From NCBI GenBank assembly GCA_013239625.1, contig MU053934.1:8887352-8951351 (forward strand): a stretch of 64,000 bases of DNA, given 5' to 3'. Under the pieces are notes generated by a model. It made no database searches, was not told the origin of the DNA, and saw nothing but the letters and a program-made list of their open reading frames with translations. The position numbers and the translations under genes are program-made. Positions 1 through 11,141 of this stretch are shown one piece after another (position 1 is the stretch's first letter; each line of letters starts with the position of its first letter). The DNA is from Lama guanicoe. Lineage: Eukaryota.

Positions 1-94
1 GTGCCTGGGGGTGAGCAGGCCCCAGGGTGATATCCACCCAGCCTGAGCCCGTGGTCCTACCCTGCACCCCCAACACCATGGCCCATGGGGGGCT

Positions 95-511
95 GGAGGG
101 TGGCCCCCAAAGAGGTGTCTACCTCCTAATCCCCAGAATCTGTGAATATTCCTTTACAAGGCAAAGAGGATGAATGAAGATATGGCGAGAAGGAATTTCT
201 ACTGGGTTGTCTGAGTGGGCGGTAAACGCAGCCACGTCTCTCAGAAGAGAGGCGCAGAGGTTGTTCAGAGACGGGGCTGGGGGGAGGCCATGTGACCGCA
301 GAGGCAGAGACTGGAGCCCAGGAATACCTGCAGCCCCCAGAGACGGGAAGAACAGGAGAAAGATTCTCCCCTGGAGCCTCCGAGGGAGCTCGGCCCTGCC
401 CACACTTTGATTTCAGACTTTTGGTCCTGGAACAGTAAGAGAGTACATTTCTGTTGCTTTAAGCCACCAGGTTGCAGTAATTTGTTATAGCAGCTGTAGG
501 AAGCTAACACA
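95..511 (+). mobile_element. MaLR LTR (MLT1-type)
   Basis: Recognisable MLT1 segments: cctaatccccagaatctgtgaatat, gattctcccctggagcctcc, ttctgttgctttaagccacc...gctaacaca. Confidence 0.8.
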
Positions 512-594
512 CCCACCTTGCAAATGGGCTAGTAGGAGTCCCCACCGCCCAGGATCGTGGCCAGGACCGGATGCATGGCATAGACTTCTTTGGA

Positions 595-1185
595 CACACA
601 TATACCACAGCTTCTTTGTCCAGTCATCTGTCAGTGGACTTTTAGGTTGTTTCCATGTCTTGGCTACTGTAAATAGTGCTGCTATGTATACAACGGAATA
701 CTTACTACTCAGCCGTAAAAAAGAATAAAATAATGCCATTTGCTGCAACATGGATGGACCTGCAGATTGTCATTCTAAGTCAAGTCAGAAAGAGAAAGAC
801 AAACACCATTATCACTCATATGTGGAATCTAAAAAAAGACACAAATGAACTTATTTACAGAACAGAAACAGACTCACAGACAGAGAAAACAAACTTATCA
901 TTACCGAGGGGGAAAGAGGGTGGGAGGGGATAAACTGGGAGTTCGATAAATTTGCAGATACTAACTAATATATATATGTATGTTTGTATATATAAATAAA
1001 TAAAATAGATAAACAACAAGGTCCTAATGTATAGCACAGGGAACTATACTCAATATCTTACAGTAACCTCTAATGAAAAAGAGTATGAAAAGGAATATAT
1101 GTGTGTACATGTACGACTGAAACATGATGCTGTACACCAGAAATTAACATAACACTCTAAACTGACTATCCTCCAATTAAAAAAA
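595..1185 (+). mobile_element. 5'-truncated L1 with 5' inversion
   Basis: 595-683 is antisense L1 ORF2 end. 684-1185 is sense ORF2 end, 3' UTR and A tail. Flanking TTCTTTGGA at 586-594 and 1186-1194. Confidence 0.85.
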
Positions 1186-1333
1186 TTCTTTGGAATAACA
1201 CATACCTACCACATAGTAGGGGCTAAATACAGGAGTCTTCTCTCCTGACCACCTTGGCCACCAGCTTGGAGGGCAAACCAAGGTCTGAGCAGGGCCGACC
1301 ACAGGGACAGAGCAGGTGAGCTGCGACTGATTT

Positions 1334-1756
1334 TGCTACCAGCCTGGGTTCTGGACGCTAATCAATAGAAATGGGTAAGATGCTAGAGTAGGAACTCAGG
1401 CAAGGCTTCATTGGGACGTGCAGCACGAGGGAGCCAAACAAGTAACAGGTGCCCTGCTTGCTCCCTGACTGGAGGGGGGAGGGGGCCGTGAGCTAGTCCC
1501 ATAAATTGGGCGGGCGGGGGCGCGGCTTGGGTGGTCTGCCCACCCGCTCGGTGGCGCTGTGTGCAGGGATCGTGCGTGGTACCCTGTGCTTGCTCCCGAC
1601 ACTTCAGAAGTGGCAGTTGGGTTTTGATCTTTTCGTATCTTTGGCTCATAATCTGCCCCAGCTGCGCACACATATGTGCAGTCATTTTCATTCCCATAGA
1701 GTTTCTCCGTATTCTGTTGCTGGAGGAGAGTTTGTCCAGGTGCCAACACTGCTGTA
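1334..1756 (-). mobile_element. ERV solo LTR (family not assigned)
   Basis: The minus strand resembles an artiodactyl ERV LTR, with a degenerate poly(A) signal aatgaagccttgcctga and a terminal ...ggtagca. No clean TSD. Confidence 0.6.
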
Positions 1757-2384
1757 AAGGGTCCCAGGTCCCAGCCTGTCTCAGTTTTACCCTCAGAAGC
1801 GTCCCCTGCTCACAGTGACAGCAGGTCCAGTGACTGCCGCTGACTCGGCCCAGGCCCTGCACTAAAAGCTTTCTACTCATCACTCTTTCAGCAGTGTCTT
1901 CTGAGTTCCTTTTTCACTTGAGGCATGGTCCTGGCTCCGGAACTTAGCAGGGAGCTCCCTGAAAACGGTTTCAGCTGCCTGGGGGGAGAGTTTTCTGACA
2001 GCATCTAGGCAGCGCCCAGGAGGCTGAGAGCACGCAGGATGGGGGTCAGGAGGGGTCCCTGCAGGAGGGACATTTAGACTTAGCCCATGAGAGACAAGGA
2101 GGAGCTGGCCAGGCGAAGGGGCAGGTGTGAGCTGCCCAGGTAGAGAGGGCGGCAGACGCCTGAGCTCCAGACCCAGCTTGTGTGTGTGGAGCTCAGGACT
2201 CGAGGCCAGAGCTGTGCTCAGGGGCGTCCAGGAGGGGCACCCAGGGTGGCAGGGCCCACGCGTGTCGGGCTTAGAGGGCCAAGGAAGGCTTCTGGACTTC
2301 CTCCTGAGACAAACAAGAAGTCATTGAAATATTTCAAACCAAACAATGGAATCACCAGTTTTAATGTTTAAAAATCTCTCTGCA

Positions 2385-2780
2385 CAATGAGCTAGCACTT
2401 CACACCCACCAGGGTGGCTGTAATAAAAAAAAAAATCAGTAACAAGTATTGGTGAGGGTGTGGAGAAATCAAACCCTCAGACAGTGCTGGGGGGGTGTCA
2501 AATGGGGAAGCCACTTTGGAAAACAGTCTGACAGTCTCTCAGAAAGTTAAACACAGAGTTCCCACATGACCCAGCAATTCCACCCCTAAATATATGCCCA
2601 AGAGCAATGGACACAGTGTCCAGTGTCCACACAAAAACCTGCACGTGAGTAGTCACAGCAGCAGCAGTTGTAAGAGCCAAAAAAGTAGAAACAACCCAAA
2701 TGTCCACCAAGAGATGAATGGATACAGAAAATGTGATCTAGCCATATGATGGAATATTACTCAGGCATAAAAAGGAATCC
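2385..2780 (+). mobile_element. Old L1 ORF2 3' fragment
   Basis: L1 phrases gacccagcaattccac, gaaacaacccaaatgtcca, atggaatattactcag. Confidence 0.8.
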
Positions 2781-5484
2781 ATGAGGGAGAGATTATGATC
2801 GTTTTCAAATAGGACACAGCGCAGAGGCACCGTTGACTTGCTCAAGGCCACAGAGACTGACGGCAAGTCCAGGGGCTTAACCTGCATGCCCCGTGGGGAA
2901 CTGTCCAGGGAGGCACCCCAGGAAATTCACAGTCATGTGACTTAGCTTATCATGCCTTTTAGGGTGGTGGCCATTAGGAGGCTGGTTAGGACGTGAACGT
3001 GAAATACAGAACTCATCTGAGAGCTGAGGTTGCTGGCAGGGTGTTCAGATTTGGGCACCGGTACCCAAAGGGCAGCATCAAAAAAGTCCAAATCGGAACT
3101 GCTCTGTGTCTGAGCTGGGAGAGGCAGAGAATGGGCCAGGGTGCCTGCCCATGTGTAGGTGGAAATAGAGGCAGGAATGGGGCAAGAACATGGGGTTCTG
3201 ACACGACTGCTGGGGCCGCACCCAGCTCTTCCCCACAGGCCTTGCTGTCCCCACCGGACCACATGGAGGTGGACCTGGATGACCAGGGAGCCCCCTTCCA
3301 GCTGGCCAGGTGGAACCAGGGATAAATGGGGTTGGAAGGCGGGTAAGCAGCAGTCAGATCAGATGGAGGCCTGGAGTCCAGGCGCCCAGTGCCCAGCTGT
3401 TCCCCAGGGACTGGGGAGGCCCCATCCCTTCCCCTCCATCCATAGCCCCTGCTCCCCCAGAGCCCTGAAATACACACTCAGCACAGCAGAGCTCGCACAG
3501 AGCTGGCAGCCTGGGGTGCAGGTTCAAGCTCTGGCAGGAGGCTTGGGAAGAGTCACTGCAACCAGTAACCCCTGTTTTCTCCTCTGTGATGTAGAGGGGG
3601 TGCTGCCAGCCACCTCCCCAAGCTGCTGAGGGATGAAGGGAAGTGATGGAGGGGGAAGTGCTTGGGAGTTGGGTGCCCCCACCCCCCACTGTCATCCTCC
3701 AAGCTCTGACCCACAGGGTTGGCCAGGGCAAGGGGCCAGTGGGGAGTGACTGGGCCACCTGTGGCCCACGTGACAGAGGGAGAGCAATTCTGAGCCGTCA
3801 CAAGCTTTTAGGGCCGAGAGGACCAGGGCCCCCCCATGCCTGCCAGCCTCCAGATCTCACAGATAAGGAGAGATTAATGTCTAGTCGGGGCTTCATTCCA
3901 GAGATGGACAAACCAGTTTGCCCCTGCTCAACCAGAGAAACCTCCCCCTCCCCCAAGGAGGGGAGTCACCAGAGCACCCCTGACCCTCCTCTGCCTCACA
4001 GTAATGCCCTTTGGCCTTGACCCAGGGGGCTCCAAGAGCTTCTCCAGGACCTGCGGCTCTGATAGCCTTCAATCCCCTGTGCCCAGCAAGGGACTGGACA
4101 GCTGGCAGCCCTGGGGGTTGAGGGGATGTTAGTTACACTCAGGTCCTAAATCAGGACATCCCCGCCCCTACCTCCCTGCCCCCACTCAGATGTCACCAGG
4201 TGGGAGAAGCGGTCACTCGCTCCACAAACTCTCCGAAGCCCAGGGATGGGTCCCTCATCAGAGAACTGGCCTCATGGATCTCAAAGAGGAAAGCGTGAGG
4301 CGTGGGAAGAGTCTGTCTGCTTCTCTGAGTGGCTGAGCGGCTTGGCCAGGTTACTCTCTGGGCTCCAGACCCTCAGCTGAATTAGAAGGTCGAGCACCCA
4401 CTCGTCCTCCAAACATACTCTTCCCGCAACCTTCCCCATTCACTTAAGGGCAACTCCATTCTTCCAGCTCCTCGGGCCAGAACTCGGGGCCACCGCTGAT
4501 TCCCCTTTCCCACACCCTACATCCAATCCATCAGCAACATCCTGGTGGCTCAGCCTTCCCAAAACATCCACAGTGAGAACACGCCTCCTGCCTCCACTAA
4601 TGCCCAAAGGGTGTCTGATGTGAACCAAGATGAACTTGGCACTTTGAAAGAGCCTCCTCTCTTCTACTCATATTAATTTAAAAGTTCTTTCACTTACTCA
4701 TTCATCAAACACTGATGGGCCTGTGCCCTGTGCAGGGCACCAAAGAAGATCCTATCACGGCCAGAGAGGGGCTCTTATTCTGGGGCTCAAGGGAGCAAGA
4801 CACAACTCCGGCATGATCTCACAGCTACACATGTCATGTACAGAGAGCCACGAAGAAAGACTTCCTGGAGGAGGAGGGATGTGGGCCAGGCCTTGGAGGA
4901 CAAGGGGCTTCCATGAAGGACTGCAGAGCACAGGCACCCCATGTGGTGGGCACAGCATGTACAAAAACAGCCTTTGAGCAGCAACCTGGGGGTAGCAGTC
5001 GAGCCAAGCCCAGTCCTGAGAAAGCATCACTTGCTGATGTCAAAGTTGGGAAGCACCACAGAGGGCAAGAGAGAGCATGGTAGGTTTGGGAGCGTGCCAG
5101 TTGTCGGTGGGGCTGGTGCTGGGGGTGAGGGGAGAGAGGGAAGGCAGAGAGGTTGGCGGGCGCTAACCGACCACGCGGGGCCTTGGCTACCAGGGCGACT
5201 TTACCCCGAGGACGGTCAGGGCCCCTGAAGGGTTTTGCATGAGGCAGTAACCACCAGATTTGTACCCTAGAAAAGTGCCTCCAGTCTCTGGGCAAGAGGA
5301 GACCAAGCAGGAGGCAGATTAGGGTGTGGATGCTCGGGTCCCGTGACATGGGTTTAAATCTGCCTCCCTACTCCCCCCCTGGGGGGTGCTGGGCACCTCT
5401 GTCTGTCTAGCATAGCAGTGTCAGGCACTGTGCGGGGTGCTGGCATTAAACATGAGGTTCCCGCATTCAGGGAGCTTAGAGGCA

Positions 5485-5625
5485 ACCTCTGAGCCTCAGC
5501 TTCCTTATTCGTAAAATGGAGGTAATAATTGTACCTGCCCTCCAGACTGGATGAGGTAAATGAGTTAATGTGTGTAAAACGCTCATCATAGTCCCCGACA
5601 CATGTGGGCAATTGTTAACAGTTAC
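5485..5625 (+). mobile_element. MIR SINE
   Basis: ctctgagcctcagcttcct...gtaaaatggaggtaataa...aaatgagttaatgtgtgtaaa core. Confidence 0.7.
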
Positions 5626-5684
5626 TAGCAAACTATCATGTTATTAGTTATTAGCAAGAAGACACAGCAGAGCCAAGTGTGTAT

Positions 5685-6050
5685 GTGATGGGTGAGCTGT
5701 GTCTCTGATATGCTGGAGTCCTAACCCCAGACGCCTCAGAATGTGACTGCGCTTGGAGACGGGGCCTTTAAAGAGGTGATTAGGTTAAATGAGGTCATCA
5801 GGATGGGCCCTACCTAATCCAAGATGGCAGGTGTCCTTCTAAGAAGAGGAGATGAGGACACAGACCACAGAGGAAAGACCGTGTGGGGACGCAGGGAGCA
5901 GATAGCCAACTGCAAGCCATCGAGAGAGGCTCAGAAGCAGCCAGCCCCGCTGACGCCTTGATCTCAGACTTCCAGCCTCCAGAATTTCTGCTGTGTAAGT
6001 CCCCTCCGCCAACTGTAGTGTCTGTTCCAGCAGCCCTAGCAGAGTCGTAC
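5685..6050 (+). mobile_element. MaLR LTR (MLT1A/B-like)
   Basis: cctcagaatgtgact, ggggcctttaaagaggtgattaggttaaatgaggtc, ccttgatctcagacttccagcctccagaa. Confidence 0.85.
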
Positions 6051-6669
6051 CATGTGTCAGGCAGCGGCAGCAGGACCAGAAAGGAAGGGATGGATCTGAG
6101 TCACCTGGGAGGCTGGCGTGCCCAGCACACAGTGGGCCCTCAGTAAATGCTTGTACAGTAAGGTTGGGTTCTGCGTGAGCGAGGACTGAGACGGAGGCCT
6201 TCTGTGGCCTGGAGAAGGCAGGACAAGCCTGACGGGGCCAGGCAGAGGGCGATGGCCTGGAGGCTCTAACCCCCGACACAGCCCAGCACCCCCAGTAATT
6301 TCACTGCAAGACCAACCGACCGCAATTCACGCCTCTGCGCTCTGTGGGGGACACTTCCCGTACCCTGAGTTAACTGAAAAAGAAACTAAGGCTTTGAAGA
6401 CAGAACCAGAGTCAAGGCCCTTCAGAGCCCCGTGGGATGCTCTGCAGGACAGGTGGCTGCAGCTGGGGGCCCCTGAGAACCACTCGGAGCCGGTGGGAGG
6501 TGGGTGGGCTCCCAGAGGCTCTGGTTTGGGGTTTCTTTGCTCGCATTTTGTTTTGTTTAATTTTTTTCACTATGTATGCTTCGTTTTGGAAATTTCTATT
6601 AGTGTGACTTAAAGTTCACCAATATTTTCTTTGGAAATGTCTAATCTGCCATTAATCTATCCAGTGCAT

Positions 6670-6930
6670 TTTTTTTTTGAAGTACAGTCAGTTTACAGCA
6701 TTGTGTCAATTTCTGGAGCACAGCACAACGGTTCAGTCATACGTATGCATACATATATTTATTTTCACATTCTTTTTCATTAAAGGTTATTAGAAAAAAT
6801 TGAATATAGTTCCCTGTGCTATACAGTATGAACTTGTTGTTTATCTATTTTACATATAGTAGTTAGTGTCTCCAAATCTTGAAATCTCAATTTATCCCTT
6901 CCCATCCCTTCCCTCCCTGGTAACCGTGGT
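6670..6930 (-). mobile_element. L1 3' UTR fragment
   Basis: T-run followed by the antisense L1 3' end (gaagtacagtcagtttaca...gaatatagttccctgtgctatacagta). Confidence 0.8.
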
Positions 6931-7354
6931 TACTATCATGTCATGATACTAACTATCATGTCATTTTGAAGTGACTGAACCTCAGCACATTGAGAAGCCT
7001 GGCTTGCAGGACATCTCGGACTTCGCCCACACCGAGGGCAAGTGCTCGCAGTGGGGAGGATGGCCTCTCCCCCTGCCCCCAACCCCTCTGACTTCTGAAG
7101 AAGAGAGTCGTGGAAACCGGCTCAGGCCCCTCTGACCCTTGGAGAAACATTTCTGGGTCAAGAATTTCCAACCCATAAATCCCCCAAGTTTCAAATTCAA
7201 AGGAGGCCTGTGCAGGGCTGGGTTTGCACAACCTTTCACATCACACAGCTTCCTGCTCCGTGGCATCCGGCAAGCATGCATTCTGGGCCAGGGTTCAGAG
7301 AGATGGGCTGAGATACATGATTTAAAGTCACATGGAACTAACATGGTGTTGTAG

Positions 7355-7770
7355 ACAAGTATACTTTAAAATCAAACAAACTCGTAGAAAAAGATCGGAT
7401 TTGTGGTTACCACAAGTGGGGAGTGGGGAGGGAGGACCTGAATGAAAGTGGTCAAAAGCTATAAACTTCCAGTTATAAGACAAATAAGTACGAGGGATGT
7501 AATGTACAGCAGGCTAAACGTAATGAGCATTGCTGTACGTTACATACGAACGTCGTCAAGAGAATAAATCCTGAGTTCTCATCACAAGAAAAAAACCATT
7601 TTTCTATTTCTTTAATTTTTGTATCTAAATGAGATGATGGATGTTCACCAGACCTATTGTGATCATCACTTCATGATGTACGCCAATCAAATTATTATGC
7701 TGTACACAGTAAGCGTATACAGTGCTGGATGTCAATTATATCTCAATAAAGCTGGAAGGAAAAATGATAA
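7355..7770 (+). mobile_element. Old L1 3' end
   Basis: aaacttccagttataag...gggatgtaatgtacagca...gtcaattatatctcaataaagctggaa. Confidence 0.75.
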
Positions 7771-9394
7771 AATCAGATGGAAGCCTCAGGGCCCTGGAAT
7801 TTGCCTAATCAAAAAAAATTTTTGGAATGTCCACATGGTGTGTTTGGACTGCAGCAGGGGGTGGTGTCAGGTGTCAGGGCCTCTTTGTCACCCCAGTTTC
7901 CCTCCGTGGACACCAGCGTGGGTGTCTCCCAGGTGAATCTGCCACCACGACTCATCTGTCCTGCACTTTTCCCCTCTTCAGAATCTGCCAAATAAAAGTC
8001 AGCATTCTTGAAGTGGAAACTTGTTTATAAATCTAAGACTTTTTTTTTACAGAACATTTTTGGGCTGTAGCAGAGTATTATTTTAACATTTCCTCTCAAA
8101 TGTTTTTTCCACATTTGGGCAAGGCAGGAGACCGAGGAATTTTTGTTTGTTTTTTCAGAAGATACAGCAGTGTTTGGAGAAGACAATGAGTTCCTGAGCT
8201 TTCTCTCTCTCACGGGGGATCCCAGGCTGAGCCTTCAAGATCCACTCTGCTGGCCTCTGCCAGTCAAACTCTGTGTTCACACAAAATTGCTGGACGAGAA
8301 AAGTTAGTCCATAAAAATTCCTGCAGGAAAACCCCACCCCTTGCTTATCTCGGGGCATCTCTGTTCCTTGGAGATAAGGGTCTGTCCTTCCACTCCTGGC
8401 ATGTCAGAGCTGAGAGGCCATCAAACCTCCTCCCCTGTTTACAGAGGGGAAACTGAGGCCCCTGGAGAGGAACAGTTCATTTTGGCTGAGCATAGAATCC
8501 TTTTCTCCCAACGTTTTTCCTTTGAAAAATGTCAAATCTATAGAAACATTGCAAGACGAGTACAATGACTCTCCATACTTGCCAGCTGTTAACATGATGC
8601 TACATTTGCTTTGTCTCTTGCTTTCTCTTTCTCTCCTTAAATACGTGCGTGATTTCCGGATATCGCGACACCTCACCCACAATAGTCCAACACATGTGTC
8701 TTCCTACAGAACCACAACACAGCGGTCACATTTGGGAATTTTAATGTCTAATCTACATGATTACCCAATACACATTCTGTAATTCAAGTTTCTCTCATTG
8801 TCATACGAACTACTGTAGTGTTCATTACAGCTTCTTCTTTTTAACCCAAGAATTCACCAAGGATGACAGTTGAGTTGTTACGTCTTCTTCAGTCTCCCAT
8901 AATTCTCTCCTATTTTGTTGTTTTGTTTTTGCTTTTGCCTTTTATGACGTGAAAATTCTTGCACATCCAGGCCAGCTGGTTGGCAGAAAGCCCCTCAGTT
9001 TGGATGTGTCTGATTGTTTCCTGTTGATTAGGTTCAGGTTAGACTTCCGGGCCAGGAGCACTCCATAGATGATGTGAGCCCTTCCCAGAGCCACGACACC
9101 CGGAAGCGCACAAGGTCAGTCCATCCCTTGACTGGTGGCATTGGGTTTGATGATGTCATTAAGTTGGTGTCCCCAGATTTCTGCATATCTTGTTTCCTAA
9201 AAAGATTTCACCCTATGATTTTAACATCTTTTGAGATGATTCTTTCTTGAACCAGTTATTACCAGGATGGTTGTAAAATGTGACTTTGGTTTTGTCATTC
9301 CTTCTACATTTATCAGTTGTTCTTTTTTTAATTAATTTTTTTCCTTCCAGTTTTATTGAGATAGAATTGTCATGTAGCCCTGTATCCATTTTCT

Positions 9395-9527
9395 GAGGGG
9401 GGAAGGTCATTGGGTTTTTATATATGTATGTATGTATGTATTTAATGGCAGTACTGGGGATTGAACCCAGGACCTCGTGCTTGCCAGACACGTGCTCTAC
9501 CACTGAGCTCTACCCAGCCCCCCCCCC
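9395..9527 (-). mobile_element. tRNA-derived SINE (camelid vic-1-like)
   Basis: Antisense Pol III A box (AGCTCAGTGG) and B box (GGTTCAATCC) with an AT-rich tail. Confidence 0.8.
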
Positions 9528-10859
9528 AGTTGGTATTCTTCTTTAAAGAAGAATTTTCCCTTCTCTTTTAAAACTTTTTATATTAAAGTATCATTATTGA
9601 CTTTAAGATTTGTATTTTATCCACTGGGCTGAATGGGTTACTTTGATTATTTATTTTAATATTTCCTCAATCTGGCTGCGGGGAGCCCCTTCAAGCCCCT
9701 TCTGTGCTAATGCCTTTGACACATCCCCATCATTCTTTGAGCGCTTCTTTATTCTGGATTTTCCCTGTCCCAGTCCTGGAGTCGCCATCTCTGCAGGGGC
9801 CCTGGTGCCATTTACCGGGGAGTAGGGTTTCGGGTCCAAGAGTTCTAACTGAGCTCTTGCAACTGGTGTCATTGCTTCTAGGCCCTCTCAGTAGACTGGG
9901 CTAGAGGGTTGTTTTGTTACTTCTTCATAACGATATTATTCACTGAAAAGACTGCAGAGCCCTTCCTCCACTCCAAATCTCCCTCATGCTGTGCTGAGAA
10001 CCCAAGTTCTGACAGCACCAGTCTTAGGGTTGAAAGTCCCAAAGTTGCCTCCAAACTGCTCTGCCTCACCCACTCACCCCCCCCCACCACTGCCTCACTA
10101 GTGAGAACCAGGGTCTGTTCCATTTCTCTTTGTCCTTGGAGGATTCTCCACCAAGGGAACACAGGCAGGCAAGCTGGATTCAAAGTCCCTCAGACAGTCC
10201 TTTTCTTCAAGTGGTTAAGTCATCAACATCACACGCAGGTTCATTAGTTACTGTTGGGTTCCAATTTTAATTTTTCCCCATCCTTTTACTTTTATTTCTT
10301 AACTGTAAATCCTAATATTTAAAGTGCCCTGGGAGATGAGCAAGGTTCCTGATGCTGGAGGGAACCATCTAGTCCAGATGAAGACCCTGTCACTATTTTC
10401 AAAATCCCCTCCTCCCCCCAGGAAGCAGGCCTTAAAACCCCAATCCATCTTTTGAAACAGCCCTGGGCTGGGTGGCAGGACGCCAGCACTCCACCAGCCT
10501 CGGCGTTTCCAGGGAGCCCACTTGCAGCCCTGGCTGACCCCTGGCCTCCCTGGGCCATGGTCTTGCTCCTGAGAACTAGAAAATTCACACCAGAGATCTG
10601 CGTACAGCTCACAGATCCAGGACTTCAAGGTTTCCATGACACCACTTTCCCCGTTAACCCGTTTCATCTTCGCAAGAGCCCAGTGATTGGTGCATACTAG
10701 GGTTTCCGTAAATAGAATTGCATAAAGAAATTAGCGTTCTCACTTTACAGTATGGAAACTGACGCTCAAAGAGGGGATGGTTTGTCCCTAAGGAATCATT
10801 AGGCGAGAGACGCCGTGAAGGCTCCGTTCCAGCCTCGACACACAGTAAGGGCTTTGGTC

Positions 10860-11089
10860 AGGGCTCTGGGAAAGTCCCGCGCGGACAGACTTGTGCCCTG
10901 GACGCCTCGCGCTCCCAGGGAGCCCGGGGCGGGGTGTATGCAAATATCCTGCGAGGAGGCCGAGGACTGGCTGGCTCAGGCAGGGGCGGGGCGCGCCGGG
11001 GCCCAGGGCCCGCAGGTGCGCGGAGCGGGAGAGGCGCGGTGCCCTCTCGCTGCCTGGACCACCCGCCCTGTCTCAGCTTCTCCCAGGCG
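10860..11089 (+). promoter_or_regulatory. UPK3A GC-rich proximal promoter and 5' UTR
   Basis: CpG-rich. GC boxes GGGGCGGGG near 10926 and 10983, ATGCAAAT 10938-10945, GGAAAGTCCC 10869-10878. Confidence 0.6.
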
Positions 11090-11141
11090 ATGCCTCCGCT
11101 CTGGGTCCTGCTGGCCCTCGGCTGCCTGAGACTTGGCTCGA
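11090..11141 (+). CDS. UPK3A: UPK3A coding exon 1 (signal peptide)
   Basis: ATG at 11090, MPPLWVLLALGCLRLGS, donor A|GTAAGC. Confidence 0.95.

Noticed and set aside
1383..1883. 166-aa ORF and overlapping ORFs
   Set aside because: Mostly within a solo LTR, with no gag/pol/env similarity visible.
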